A DNA stretch of 64,000 nucleotides, from the NCBI GenBank assembly GCA_050084985.1, contig JBITNC010000002.1:20894001-20958000 (forward strand), read 5' to 3'. Positions 1 to 14,568 of this stretch are shown here, in pieces. Under the pieces are notes generated by a model that was given only the letters and a program-made list of their open reading frames with translations, was not told the origin of the DNA and searched no databases. This stretch comes from Nageia nagi (lineage: Eukaryota; Plantae; Pinophyta). Every line of letters begins with the position of its first letter. Position 1 is the stretch's first letter. A program made the position numbers and the translations under genes.

Positions 1-659
1 TTGTATGTGTTCATTAGTTTCATAAACCATCATTTTTATAACTTTTTTACAATGTCTCATCAAAATAATTATTTTTCTCATATTTATGAATATTTATAAG
101 ACATATATAAAGAATTGAGTTAGCATCAAAGGTTGTATTTATAAGTGATATATTATTAATAAATTTATTTCATTCTATGCATACTAGAGCTTTAAAAGTG
201 GTTTGTGATTACCTTTCATGAAACAATGTAACAAGTGATCAAGAAGAAACCGTAGTTGATAGGAGGCCAATGTCCAATTGCAAAGTCTTTAATTTGGATG
301 AAATTTTTCTTAAGAAAGCCTATCAATGCATTCTCATGAACCTAGATGAAGTTCAACCTTGATTAACAATATATTTATTTATTGCTATTATATATAATAT
401 AGGATTGAATATAATTTAGATATGACTATGCTAGATGCACTTTATGCCAAATTAATAAGCACAAGATAAGTTTTAAGGAATCCAACCCTTGTGTAGTGAG
501 AGATGAAGCAGTGATGCAAAAATATTATATTAATAAATTCATCCCTTGGATATGAAATCGAATAATTATGCTCAATTGAATATAATATTTGATATTTGTA
601 AAGATCATCATGTACTATTTTGCAATCATTTTTAAACTATTATACTTTGTTCCAATTTT

Positions 660-1318
660 AGGGAGATGAATCACAACATAATGATGATGACTCTGACACA
701 ATAAAATGGTTGGAATGTGGTATAATTAAATCTCTAAATAAAGTTTTAGGATATATGATCAATAATTAAATATTTAATACCAAAGACAAATTAATAAAGG
801 AAAATTCAAAAAAATAACATCTATGTGTCGATGTAAATGTCAATTGTAGATCAAGCACAAAAGACACAAACCATGTTATTGAAATAATAATATGTTATGG
901 TGTTATTAAGGAAATCATTTTGTTGAATTTATTATGATGGGAATAGCCCTTTTTCAAATATGATTAGGTGAATGTTCTTGATAAGAAGAGTGGAATTAAA
1001 ATTTACAAAATGGAATACATAATGGTTAACATGAGCAAATTACAACATGGAGATAGACAAGAAGATTCCATATATTCTAACATAGAAAGACAAAAATGTT
1101 TTTATATACAAGATTCAATTGAAAGCATTTAGTATGTGGCTCTCATATCACCTCCAAGAGGTATCAAAGATAATGAAGCATACAAGGTGAATGTATTTGA
1201 AGGAATATATTTTGTTGAAATTGAAATTGCTCAAGATGATAATGTAAATGATGAAAACATTGAATATGTATGTAAGGATATTGAGGATACATTTATGAAA
1301 GCATTATTGGTATATTGA
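660..1318 (+). mobile_element. Degenerate CACTA (En/Spm) transposase C-terminal remnant (DUF4216-like)
   Basis: Broken frames give CYGVIKEIILLNL, LF(K)YD*VNV, PYIL...KCFYIQDS, resembling the Tnp2/DUF4216 end. Many stops and frameshifts. Confidence 0.55.
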
Positions 1319-1320
1319 AA

Positions 1321-1611
1321 TCAAAGAAGAGAGGAAAAATGAAGTTTCTCACCTAGGATGCAAAAGCCGAAAGAATATCATAAGAGCATAAAATATTACT
1401 CATAATGAATAAAATGATGGATAAATTAATCATAAGATACACCTTCCTTAAATAACAAGAAAAATGTACAATATCCACATAATCAAAATAATGTTGACCA
1501 TAAAATTAAAATAACTTGATAAGTATGACAAGTAAGCACACCTACTAGTGAACTTAAGATAATAGTAACCTGGATACCTAACTAGGTAATAAAGAAAATA
1601 ATACTCTAACA
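1321..1611 (-). mobile_element. Solo LTR (~290 bp), same family as the LTR at 13830-14119
   Basis: Aligns along its length with 13830-14119 (agaggaaaaatgaag...atactctaaca). No PBS or PPT adjacent. Left boundary uncertain. Confidence 0.7.
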
Positions 1612-2676
1612 ACCAAGGAAAAAATCATATTCCTAAAGAGAGAAGAAGAAATAATAAGGAAGGTTTCCTCTTGTACACTAGGGAAAATTTTAATACCCCT
1701 CATCCAAAATGAACCTATAAATTCCTGATGAATGTAGATGAAACCTGATTCAAATTGAAGGCAAATTTCCAAAAATAATGTAAATTGTTAGGCAACTTTT
1801 GAATAGTTTTGGAAAACAAATGTAAAAAGTTGGCAAAATATTTTTAGTTTAAAAAACATAGTAAATTTTTGAAAGCATAAATCATTTATTATATAAAAAT
1901 TTATATATATACATTGAATGAATAAAATTTGAGTACAAAATAGTCTTCCCACCCTTGTAGTGCTCAAACTTCTTAAGATTTAGGTGCAAGGGAAAAGTGG
2001 ACATCTAAAAAGTTGATCAAAGATCAAGCTTATTAGGCTCCAATATTACAAATATGATTGAAAATCACAACATCTCCTTCTCTTAGAGAATATGATCTTC
2101 AACCTCCAGCTTGAATAGAATTGAAATTCCTTAAAAATATAATGACTTTTCATTGTAGTAATTTCCACCATGGAAGATGTCTCCTCTAGGTTGTTTAAAT
2201 CATGGGGCATAGGGGAAGACATTCTTTGCACTTGCATAAAAGTTAAGAATGAGCCAACAATGGCAAATGTTCAAGAATAGAGTTTCAAAATAAAATTTGA
2301 CTATATTATCCTACATATTAATTAAGTAAAAAAATCATATAATTAATATTTAAAATGATGAAAAAAGATTGACTTAAAATAAAACCATAAATTTAATACC
2401 AACTTGTTTTCAACCATATTTGATTGAAATTTTAAGAAACCTTCATACATTTTATCTATGTATAATTTCTTCCTATTCTAGATCATGTTCAAAATAATCT
2501 TTATTATTATTTGAATGATATGTCAATGTTTTATAGAAAGGTTTCATCTAGGAATTATCATTCAAATTGACAAAAATGCTAGAATATGATATATTATAAG
2601 ATATTTCAAGTGTGGAAGAGGTATATCACACATGGAAGACACATATCACACATGTAAACATATAAAGTACAATCAA

Positions 2677-2900
2677 AATGCAATAGATCTAGATACATTC
2701 ATAATGCAGTTGATCTGGATGCATTCTAAATGCAACCAATTTGGATGTATCCAAAATGTAGTAGGTACAAATGCATCCAGAATGTAGCTAGTTCGAATGC
2801 ATCCAAAATGTAATTGATCTATATGCATCTAATTCAAATTCATTCAAAATGCATTCGAATTGGCTACATTCAAAATGCATCTAGATCGATTGCATTTGGA
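2677..2900. repeat. Degenerate 26-bp tandem array
   Basis: aatg(c/t)a recurs at 2677, 2703, 2729, 2755, 2781, 2807. Confidence 0.8.
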
Positions 2901-3117
2901 TCGATTATAACTAGGCATTAAATATTATCTCCATTGCATGAATACATTGATGAAACATGTCTAAATCCATAGTGCAATTAATGCCTCCTCTATATATACA
3001 CTAGCTACTATTTAATTCAAATCATTTTAACAAAGAGCATTATATAGAGAGGAAATGCATTATAGATAGAGGGTTAAGAACTTAAAAGGGGATATAGGAT
3101 TGAATAATTAGGTAATA

Positions 3118-5800
3118 ATGAGTAGCTACAATGTATCTAGAGGTAGGATAAAGGGTATTGAATTCAAATCTCACCTAACCAATGATTTGATTCTTCTATT
3201 GGAAGAGATGGATGATTCAAGCAAGGAATGGGTGTACAAATCATATTTACATGGTTTAATCTATATGACTAAAATTTCTATCGAGAATGCACCATTGGAT
3301 AATATTGTTAAGAACTATGATGTTAACACTAATTCAATTACTATGGAATAGAAGAAGAATTTTACTTTCTCCTTAAACTTGAAGAAATAGCTCACTTAAT
3401 CAGATTACCTTTTAAAGGAAACAAGCTCAAGCATGCTTGTATACTCATTAGCATCAAAGATAAATTCTAACTTTAGGAGAATTATAATGTGAATAAAAAT
3501 TTCTTATAAGGTATGATTTTATTTTTTGAAATACTAGTTTGTTTTTATAGTTTAATTTCATTCAACTAATTCATTCTAATTATTCACAAATTTCTTATTA
3601 ATTTGTAGTGATTTTCTAGATGACAAAGAGGAGTTTTATGATGTCTTCTATCAAGAAAGAATTTCTTAGGGCTTGTATTGATTTTTTTTAATGTGTAGAT
3701 TGATTCTTTAGAGAAAAATAGCTAATATATCTTTTTGGGCTATATATTTCCTTATACATTCTATTAATGAGACTCGAATTGACTGATCATCCTATATTTC
3801 ATCTAATATTAAGATTGAGTTGATTAGAATAAAAATAATAGGTGTGGACAAGGTACATACAACTAATTTCATTCTTACCCTCTACTATGAGGCATTGTTT
3901 GATTTGAAACAAACACCAACACCTAAATCATACCATCAAATGATTGTAAAGATAGGTTTGTCTCCTATTTAGCTGTAAGTTCACTACATCCAATTTTAAT
4001 AATTTTTTTTGAAACCATATTATTTTATCTATTTTCATATTTTTAATTGAATGCATTTTATTTAAGAAAAACTTTGATGCTGTGAAGGATAGAAAGGAGT
4101 TTGCTATGAGAAGAAAATGACCATAGGAAGTTCAAGGAGAATCTAACACAACATCTCAAGCTCTTAGTTCTTGAGCTGAATCTTAGAAGAGTCATAGGAC
4201 TAGTAGACAAATGTATCTCATTGATTTTGAGACAAATGAAGAGGATGCTGAAAAGGAATCTTCCCTACCTTATCAACAACATCTAGAATCAATGCTTGTG
4301 TAGAAGGAAGGTAAAAATTAAAATTGTATTTAGTTAAACCAAAATCATTTTAGTTAATGGTTAAAATTTCTTAATGTGGATTTGATTTTTGAAATAACGA
4401 TTCACAATATACCTATATTGGTAGTCATTCATGGATAAAATTTTCAAGCATTCTAGGTATACCATCATCTCAAGAATCTAATATGAAATGTTTATTGATC
4501 TAGTTATTTTTATATCTCAATTTTTAAAAATATTTGAAGGTTTTAAATAAACTGTAATTCATTTTTGCAGTAGCCCATATGCTAAAACTACCATAGTGGC
4601 AAGGTAAATATTTAGTACCACCACCACCACCACCATCATAATAAACAATGAGATAAATTATCCCTTTACTAGGGAAAGCACAAGGAACAAGTCATTAGGA
4701 GAATTTTAAAGTTGAAAGCCATGTTACTTCTCCCCATATGCATTTTGGCCTTGATGTGTTAGAGGATAGTTTGTGCAATATAGAGATTGATTATTTAAAT
4801 GATTCAAGGTTGGATCATATATTTGTAGAAGTTCTTAGCACACCTAATGTTACTAGCATACCAACATTTGATATGTAATATGCAATTGGATAGGAGCAGC
4901 CTATTTCCAAAGAGCCTGAACCCACTACAACAACCAATAGACCAAAAACCCCCTTGAAATATCAAGAAAAATCGGCCAAATATTTATGAGATGATGCTTT
5001 AGATTTCAAAAATTCAATTGATGTGGGAGAGGTTACCTTGAAAAAATTAAGTGTTTGGGAGAAAGAGATGAAAACATTGATTCAAGAGATAAATTGCTTT
5101 GATCACAATCACAATCATAAGGATGAGTTATATGAGGTCATTACATACAACCTGATTGTCATTGATTCTTTGATGAAAGATGCAAAAGAAGAGATTTTTA
5201 AGTTTCAAAAGAGAACATATGATGACATTCTGAACATGGCTTAGGACATGCTAAAAAATATTAATGCTAAAGCCCAAATTTATTTTGATAAATGGAAATA
5301 TGACTAGAAATTATTGAATACATCAAACGTAGGAAAGACTAGAGCTGATGTAAGTTTTAACAATTAGAATTAGAATTATATTTTATGATATTTTTCATAA
5401 TTTTTGAAGTTATACTAGTAATTTTAATTTTGAATGTAGGCAAGATATGAAAACTTGAAGAATACAACATGAAGCAACAACATTTCAAAAACATAAAGGT
5501 CTACCTACTTGAATCAGTAGAGCAAAGGAAAATGTTGCTCAAATTCAACAAGAAAATCCACCTTTAAAATTGATCATCCAAGAACACAACATGGATTAAA
5601 AGATTCTATTGAAGAAGAAATTTGAGAGTACTTCATTTGTACAATTCGGTACTATTGATATAGTGAAGGAAGAGTATGAACTTCTTTCGAAAATAGATTT
5701 AGTTGCTATCGATATGAAAAAAAAAAATGTGTTTGAGAGAGAATTTTAAGAGTGCGTATAAGAATTAGCCTTAGCTCAACAACCACCAGCTTGAAGTGGG
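3118..5800 (+). pseudogene. Degenerate intron-containing TE-associated ORF (plant-mobile-domain-like N-terminus, coiled-coil-like C-terminus)
   Basis: ORF fragments 3118-3351 and 5023-5244. GT..AG intron-like AT-rich gaps at ~3511-3608, ~4311-4570 and ~5350-5439. Many stops. Family call tentative. Confidence 0.4.
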
Positions 5801-6189
5801 AGATATTTTTAGTTTAAATGACATATTATCATTTTAGCAAAGTGGGAGGCTTGCCATTTTATATGAAAGACTTTTATATAACTTATTATATCATTTTGGA
5901 TTATGTGTTTTATCTTATATTATGATAATTGGTAAATGGTTTTGATGTTAATATCCTTTTAAAATCATGGTTGTCCAATTTAGTTAGAATATTGAAAACC
6001 TAATTGTTTACTTCATTGCAAATTTGCAATAATTTTTTTAATAGTTAATAAATTTGATTTTAAATTTGCAACTTTGTTGACTTATTATATGATGTATGGT
6101 GATGTTGTCTTTTGAGAAAAAAAGAGTTGTAGCCATTCCAAATGCAAGAAATTGCAACCAAGTCAAATGCATATAAATGCATTCAACCC

Positions 6190-6500
6190 AACTATAATTA
6201 CTTGCACCTGACCTAGCTATAATTACTTGCACCTAACCTAAATGCAATTACTTATAACTGATTTGGATGCATGTTGTTTTAGCTAGTTCAGATACATGCC
6301 ATTATAGTTGAGCCAAATGCATGTGGTTGTAGCTAGGTTGGTTGCAATAACATGCATCCAGCTCGATTGCAACAACATGTAGCTAGGTTGGTTGCATGTT
6401 GTTATAGCTGAGTTAGTTGCATATTATTGCAACCAATATGATTGCAACTACAAGTATTTGACCCAAATGCATCAACATGTAATCAAATTGGCTACAACTA
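6190..6500. repeat. Degenerate ~25-bp tandem array
   Basis: ataattacttgcacct(g/a)accta repeated, followed by gca-starting units at a 25-bp period. Confidence 0.7.
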
Positions 6501-6719
6501 CATGCTAATCATATCATATACAATTTACACATATACAATTTGGAAATTAAAGTAAAAAAATAATAATTTATATAATCAAATAATAATTCAAATTATACAT
6601 TACATATGAAAAATATGAGATTCAAAAATATCAAATAATATCACTAATCCTTTCAACTAGTATGAAATTAAAACATAATATATCAACAATGAATTTAATT
6701 AATAAAACTAAAAGAAAAT

Positions 6720-9050
6720 TACGCTTCTGCACTTTCTTCATTTTCATCTCCCTCTTGCATATGAAATAAACCATTTTCAACAATTTACTGGTAAAACTCA
6801 TCTTTGTGAATTACTTCCACTTTGCTATTTTCTACATCTTCAACATGTTCAATCCTTGATACTCATCTCCTTTTTGCAATCAAATACCATATAGAAATAA
6901 CTCTATCATATGGAAAATTTTCTAAGGCATATTTAGATGTATAAATTCTTAAACATGTTTCCAAATTCTTATCCAGTCTATTGCAAACTTTTTATTTGAT
7001 ATAAGCCAATGCACTAAAAACCCATTCATCTTCAACAGATTCAAAAATCATAGTCTAACATAATTTGTATAGGTGAAAATATTCACTTATTTGTGTTTGT
7101 AGTATTGTACTCAAATATAGTCTAACCAATAATCATACTATTGAGTTATTTTCATTTGGTTCACCCAACTACTTGTATTATTCATATAGAGTAATACTTA
7201 ATTGGTTTGATTGATCTGTGAACTATTTTTTATCCAAAATACTAGGAATTTTAAGATCATTGATGTCAACCTATTGACAAAAGTATTTAATAAGACTACT
7301 AACATATTTCTTATATATTGAACTCATGCATCTACTATCTATTGACCAAAAATGTGGGTGGTCAATACTCATTGACTCCACCAAATCATCCTTGCTAAAC
7401 TAATCTCTTATTTCACTTGACACCATTTTTGACACTTTTTTTAATTTTATTCTTACATTAGAAATTTGATACAATCAAATAATTATGATGTTACATGTAT
7501 TTCTTCTAAACCTTTAGCATAAGTATCATTTCTCCTGTAATAACAATGCATTGGGATCAATTTAATATGAACACATATACAAAGGTTTACTTATGATATC
7601 AAATTTCAAGAAAAGTTTTGGATGTATCAAATTAATGATAGATTTCCATGCCTCAATTCTATCACCCATAAAGTTATCCCTGCCAAGATACAAGTTATCT
7701 AGAAAAAGATAAGTATTTTTTTTCTTGCCCTTACAAAATCAATAATATAAATATGTCTTGTTTGAGCTATTTTCATCATATTGTGCATTTCCTTCAACAT
7801 TGGTAGAATTCCATATAAAGTGAGTAACATTTAAATATCTATTAACCTGTATAATACATATTTTGCTTTGTAAATTTCTATTTGATTTTCCCACATATAG
7901 CCACTTAATGAGATATATTCTTTGCATACTCTAAGTGTAAGAAGATACAAATAGATTCATCTAGTATCAACATCATTACACATTTTTTTACCATCCATTA
8001 TATGCTCATCAAATTGTTGAAATTGTACAATCCTCTTCGAACTATGTACAAAACAAGAATGAATATCATGAACCAATTCCTCCACCTTAGCAGTAATTTC
8101 AAAATTGTTAACTATTTTGTATGAAAGATTCATTCTATATTCCATGAAATGAATTGTTATCATGTACAAAGCATAGGTTTTTTGAATCTTAATACAAAGT
8201 CCATTTTTATTTCCTTGCATTAAAAATGCACCATCAGCCCCAACACATATCGACTTCATAGTTATGTTATAATTGTTCATCCATGCTATGTCCCTTAGAT
8301 AACTAACAATGAGATTGAATAAAGTTTTAACATTGAAACATTGAGACATTTTTGGGATTGCTAGCAAGTGAGGTTGTCTCATGTGTTTAGATTCTTGAAA
8401 GATGTAAACATGTAAGAAAACATAAAATGTATGATCAACATCTATAACTTCATCCAAGGATAATGAAATAAATTTTGCATCTCTTAACTTTTCTAGTAAA
8501 TCTTACATCTCAACAACTACAATATTATTTGCAATATCCATGCACTACTCTTAGACCAATGGTATTGTGGTAATTTAAAATTTTGTATGCCAACAAAATG
8601 AAGAAATTCTTTGTATAATGAAATATCTAAAATAGGAATAATATTTTGTAAAATTTGAAATACAGCTAAAAATTATATAGTCTTAGCAATTAGATTTCCC
8701 TAATTCATTTTATCCATGTGTTGATTTATTGTTCTACATTTTGTAGAAATATTTTTTCTTCTATTCATCTTGTTTTCATACATCTTCTGATATTTTAGAT
8801 GAAGGCATTTTTTTTATCTTTCTTCTTAATAACTCTTATTTGCTTGCCATCTACTTCTTCAAACTCGTATCTTTTCCCATAATATTTCTAAATTATATAT
8901 TTTTTTAATTGCATTCTATGTTCTTTTTTTGTTGCCTAACTACAACATACACACCTACATTTAATAGGTTTTTTCTAACTATTTTTAGGCATTATAGGTT
9001 CTCTTAAAGTATATGTTCTTACCCATTCATCCTGAAATGTTCTACCTATG
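6720..9050 (-). mobile_element. Degenerate hAT-superfamily (ZNF862-like) transposase
   Basis: Minus-strand motifs SLSLDEV (first D), GADGAFLMQG (DGAxxMxG), ITIHFMEYRMNL (decayed CxxH) and ESVEDEWVFSAL (hAT dimerisation domain). ORF 7957-8457. Confidence 0.75.
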
Positions 9051-9569
9051 GTCTATTTGCTTTTTCTCTTTCTATTGGATGACTTTTTGCTACTTGTATG
9101 TTCTTGAGATCTTGTCTATTTATTGTCACTCTTATTAGTAGGTTCCTATTCACTAAGAATAATGTCAAGTTGAAAGTCATCCAACAATTCATCATTAGAT
9201 ATGTCTTCTTCAAGGGGAGTCACATCTGGTGTATTTTGTGTAACAAAATATTCTTACTTTTAATGCATAGAAAATTATCTTAATTAAATAATACAATTTA
9301 CAATCAACTTAAAATATATATTTAAATTTAATGTATCTTCTATGATAAGAATTGGCTATTGCACCTTTTTTAGTTGTTTAAAATATGATAAAATGCTTTT
9401 AAAATTTGTGGAAGTGCATCTTGTTACACCTTTATTATCACTAAGCTTTGCATCACTATTAGGAGTGGGATGGATTTCATCTAAATTGGGTGTAGATATT
9501 TCTTCCTATTCAAATGCAGGTTGCAAGGAATTGCTTGTGATACAAAGAGAGGTTCCTACTAGATGTAGG

Positions 9570-10160
9570 TTTTGATCTAACTACGAAAAGATACTTTTGA
9601 CTTGGTTATAAAAAGATGCTTCTAACTTGAATGCAAAATGATGCTTCTAACCCACCTGTAGAATGATGCTTTTGACTTGGCTATAGAATGATTCTTCCAA
9701 CCCAAATGCAAAAGGATGCTTCTGACCCAACTACAAAATGATGCTTTTGACCCAATTGTAGAATGATGCTTCCCACCTGGATGTAGAAATATGCTTCTAA
9801 CTTGACTATAGAAAGATGCTTCTAATATAGCTATATAAATATGCTTTCAATTCAACTATAGAAATATGCTTCCAACCTAGCTATAGAAATATGTCTTTGA
9901 CCTAACCATAGAAAGATGCTTCTAATCCAAATGCAAAAATACGCTCTTAACCTAGTTGTAGAAAGAAGCTTTCAACTCGGTTGCAAAAAGATGCTTCCAA
10001 CCCAATTGTAGAAAGATAATTTTAACTTTATTACAAAAATATTCTTTCAAATTAGTTACAAATAAATAATAGCTACTTGGATGTAGGTTCCAACTCGAAT
10101 TTAGGTTTCATACTAGATATAGGTTCCAATTTGATTGCAAAAATATGGTTACGATCCGAT
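9570..10160. repeat. 25-bp tandem array (~20 degenerate copies)
   Basis: gatgct core recurs at 9665, 9690, 9715, 9740, 9765, 9790, 9815 and onward. Confidence 0.85.
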
Positions 10161-10499
10161 TGTAGGATTAGACTTGGGTATAGTAAGGATGTTTTGAACC
10201 TATTATATTTGATATCAATATCATAAAAATAATGCATATTGAAAGTTGTTATGTAACAACTAATTCCTCTATGATGTCATAATGCAATGGTATCATCTAG
10301 ATAGGGGAGTTTGATATGTATAAATATGCTAACCTATAAGTGGCTATTTAGGTAAGATTAATTATTACTTTTATAATTTCAAGATGAATGAGATAAATTA
10401 AGTTTAGAAATAAAGGCTAATATATTTGAAATCATGTTGAAATATTAGCTACATGGGTCAAGAATTGAAATATTTTTTATAAAATTTTGGGTCTAAGGT

Positions 10500-13400
10500 A
10501 GGACCCACCATGTGTTATACTAGCCAAATCAAAAAATGAAAATATGGAATTATAGCCTTTATTCACCAATTCACACCTTAAAATTTTCCTTTTTAAACAT
10601 CCCTAAGGATAACTTCCATCACCTCAACCAAGTAAGGTGATGAAAATATATCTGTAGTGATGCCTCTTGAAGTACAATCGCTAATAAGAGAGAACTAAAA
10701 AGGGTCAATATGATGTTCCCAAATAATATAGATACCTTGTCATCGAACTAAATTTCTCCCATAGGGAAGAAAGAAGCTAAAAGACATACATAAAAAATCT
10801 TCATAATACATGAAAGTATGAGGAGGAGGGAACATCATCGAATCTAGTACTAGTGATGATGAATGAAGCTGTAAACCATTTCAAAGAGAAGATTTCACCG
10901 AAAACCCAAATACTAATGGTTTTATTACTACAACTAAAGGATCACCATGTGATGAGTCAAAAGAATCAATATGTTGCATAAAAGAAACTTCAATGAAATA
11001 AATAAGAGAATAAGGAAAAGAAACCTCAATATAGTATTTGGAATCTCCTAAAGAGAGTCCAACCAAAGATGGATGTAGAGGAGACTTGAAATAGGTCTCA
11101 TAAAAATATTTCTATAAGAAAAAGGGAGCAAGAGAAGGCTCCAAAGCATTAGGAGTAGAATGAGGAGAAGGTGGCTCATCCAAGAAAGGAAAGCTCACCA
11201 TAATAATATCCTCAAAAGGGAAAATATTGGGAGATATATAAAATAAAGAGGTAAGATCCTCATGAAGGTCAACAACATCAACAATGTGTGACTCTATAAA
11301 AAGAGAAGAAACACCATCAAGAAAGTCCTCAAAATAATCTGAAATAGAATAAAAAAATCATGCATCATAATATCTTTTTCAACATCTATCTCATTTAGTG
11401 AATCTTCATGCATCAAGGAATCCTCATCATAAGGTGAGAGAGCCTCAAAGTGTGCTCAAAGAAATGATAAATATATGTGAGTATTCAATTGGGAATAGTT
11501 AAAATATGGAAAAATAATATGATAAAAAATATCAATAGTTTAGTAGAAGATAGAAAACACATCACATATACTAAAATTCTAAACAAGCCACTTAAGTGTG
11601 TGAAAAATAAGTGTTAGAACTAGGCCAAAAAGATATGGTAGAAGCTCATGAGAGTGCAAGTACTCAACAAGGATTTCATACTAAATAGTATAGGAAGCTT
11701 TATCAACTAATGGGGTAATGGGATATGTTGGATATTCCCATGGAAGAGCCATTGAACTATGAAAGACACCTAAGAAATCCCCCCCTGAATCCAAAGTGTC
11801 TCACAAAATGAGTAGATAGGCTAGAGAAATAACCATAAATGCAAGGATAGTTGAGCTCAAATTGACTTCTCATGCACAAAAAGTGTGATCCTATGAAAAA
11901 TATGATGGAATAATAATAACTAGAGCATGAAATTGAGACTTTATAATTTTAGTCCATAACAATATAGGATTGATCATAAAAATCTTTTAAAAGAATTTAC
12001 CCCCCTTACAAATGTAAGCACTATCAAGATGTGAAACAAAGTACACTCTATAATGCTTAGAATCAAATCTCCTCCAAAAATAAAATTTAAGGCCCTTAAG
12101 TGGGGTTCCAATGAGCACGAGTGTTCCAAAAGAGATTCAGGCTATGGATGCTTCCAAATTTATGCCCCTTGAAATTTACAATATAGGAAAAATGCTAATT
12201 TACAAATATTAAATCCCTCCCAATTTACAAAAAAAGTCAAATATTCTCCCAACATTACAATTAGCAATTAGTGAAAAAATACCCCCACTTGATTAAAAAA
12301 TGCCAAAGTATTAATAAAACCCTCCAAATTTTACAAAAAACCAAACAAGGGTAGTCAAAATGAAATTAAAACTACAAATGTGATAGAGTTGAGCTGGTTT
12401 GGATGTTGGGTTGAGGATACTAAGTTGGTAAACATGGTGTAGGTGGGTGGAGTGTAACACCATATTCACATTCAAAAGGCCTTCATGAGAGACACCATTC
12501 ACACTAAGATTGATGTGGTCTCTTCACCACAAGTCTTTAGGTATGTGAGAGAGGAAGATATCATTTGAACAAGTTGTTCAATGCATAAAGGAAGGATGAA
12601 ATACCATGAGTTAATACATGATGATGCCTTAAAGTAGCTATAGATCATAAGTTGTAGGAGAGGCATAAAGGGGATCATGAGGATCAAGAGCACATGAAAT
12701 TCAAACTTGATAGCATCATAAGATAGTGGATTCTACATAAAGGAGCCATGAACACTTACACTGGGGATTTTCCTATGAAGTGAGATTTAATGCTTGAATC
12801 TACTCACATTAATAGCCATACCAAATGTGTGTAAAGGGATGTATGTTTGAGAGACTACTTAGATGATCTTAGAGGTTTGAGTGTTCTCTAAATGAATGTT
12901 CACATGTCTAGATTTGATAAGGACTCCAAATTGATGTGAGAGTACATTGAAAGGAGGAAATATGATTGAGATATTGCAAAGGGATGTGATTGGATAGGTA
13001 TTGTGAAGAGTTGAATGTCAAAATAGATCTTCATTATGAGATACAAAAAGCCCAAGATAAAATATACATTCAAATGATCTAGATCCATAAATCTACTATA
13101 GATAAAAAGAAAATTTACCATAATATTGCAAAATGATCTAAAAGGGAATCACAAATGCTAGAGGATATAATTGTGTTGAGGGAAACAAAATTACTTTATG
13201 CATCAAAAAATACTACATGGCCATTGTGATATGTAGAGAAACACACACCCAAGACTTGAAATCACAACCAAGGAGATGCTGTAGAAGAATAGATCAAGTT
13301 GTGAAGATGGAGTGAGAAGCTAGTGAGGAGCACATTGTAGTCAAACACTCACTCCATAAAGATGATACCAATGTGGGATACAACAGTATGGAAGACTTAT

Positions 13401-14119
13401 AATATCTATAATAATGCATAATGATTGATAGAAAGTGCTGAAGCAGATTTGGATGAGCTCAATAAGAATATTACGGGAGTCATAGACCACTTGAAAGGCC
13501 AAAGATGTGGTATAACATCAAGGTGGTGATTAAAGGGGTTATTGAATCCAACAAAATGAGATCTATAAATTGCAAAGAGGTACTAAAATCATAGATTATA
13601 ATGATAAAAAAGTCCATGAGGGCCAAGATCTTGCAAAGGATAAGGTAATTAAACATAAAATGTAATTATTCTAATAAAACCCTAGAGTTGAAATACCATG
13701 AGATACCAACATAGGGAGATGATCCACTACAATGAACACACTACACAACAAGAAAAGGTTAAGGGTGTCACTAAAATTCAAGCAAAGACTCAAAAATATA
13801 TTTATAAAACTCAACTTGCTCTGATACTATAAAAAAGAGAGGAAAAATGAAGTTCCTCACCTAAGATGTAAGAGTTGAAACAATATTATATAAGCATAAA
13901 ATATTACTCACAAAGAATAAAATGATGGATAAATTAATCATAAGATTCACCTTGCTTAAATAGCAAGTGAAATGTACAATAGCCATACAATCAAAATAAT
14001 GTTGACCATCATATTAAAAAAATGCGATAAGTATGAAAACTAAGCACAAATACTAGTGAACTTAAGATAATAATAACATAGATACCTAAGTAGGTAATAA
14101 AAAAAATAATACTCTAACA
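10500..14119 (-). mobile_element. Old, truncated LTR retrotransposon (probably Ty1/copia): 5' LTR 13830-14119 plus decayed internal region
   Basis: gctctgatacta at 13818-13829 is the reverse complement of a tRNA-Met PBS abutting a ~290-bp LTR that starts TGTTAGAG on the minus strand. Internal ORFs destroyed. No 3' LTR found, left limit approximate. Confidence 0.55.
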
Positions 14120-14568
14120 TGTACAAGTAAAAAAGGCACTGTTTGATTAACTTACCACTTTTAGATTAGTTTTTGATGCTTAAAATATTTTTGGGTTGAA
14201 CAGTTGCTTTACTTCTCCATAATAAGTTTTTTATCATATGGTGTATTTAAAATATTCAATATCATATTTTATCATTTAAATATAAGCATAATAAGATTCA
14301 AATTATATGCTCTATATTTATGCTTAAATGATTAAATATGATCTATAGATTCAATTATGCTTAAATGTTTCTAATACATTTGTCATAATATATTTATAAA
14401 ATAGTTTTTATATATTTTTGTATTTGGCTAAGTATTACAAGCATGTTTTTGACAACTTACCACTTTTTAACTAGTTTTTAACACTTGATTTTTTTTTTAT
14501 GTTCAACAGTTAGTTTCCTTATCCAAGCCAATGTTTGGATCATATGGTGTATTTAAATTATTTCATAT

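Noticed and set aside
9570-10160. 25-bp periodic arrays as CRISPR-like repeats
   Set aside because: Units are contiguous and degenerate with no unique spacers, there are no cas genes, and the context is eukaryotic.
1321-14119. LTR copies at 1321-1611 and 13830-14119 as the two ends of one nested 12.8-kb element
   Set aside because: No PPT next to the left copy and no matching TSD on the outer flanks. Better read as a solo LTR plus a truncated element.
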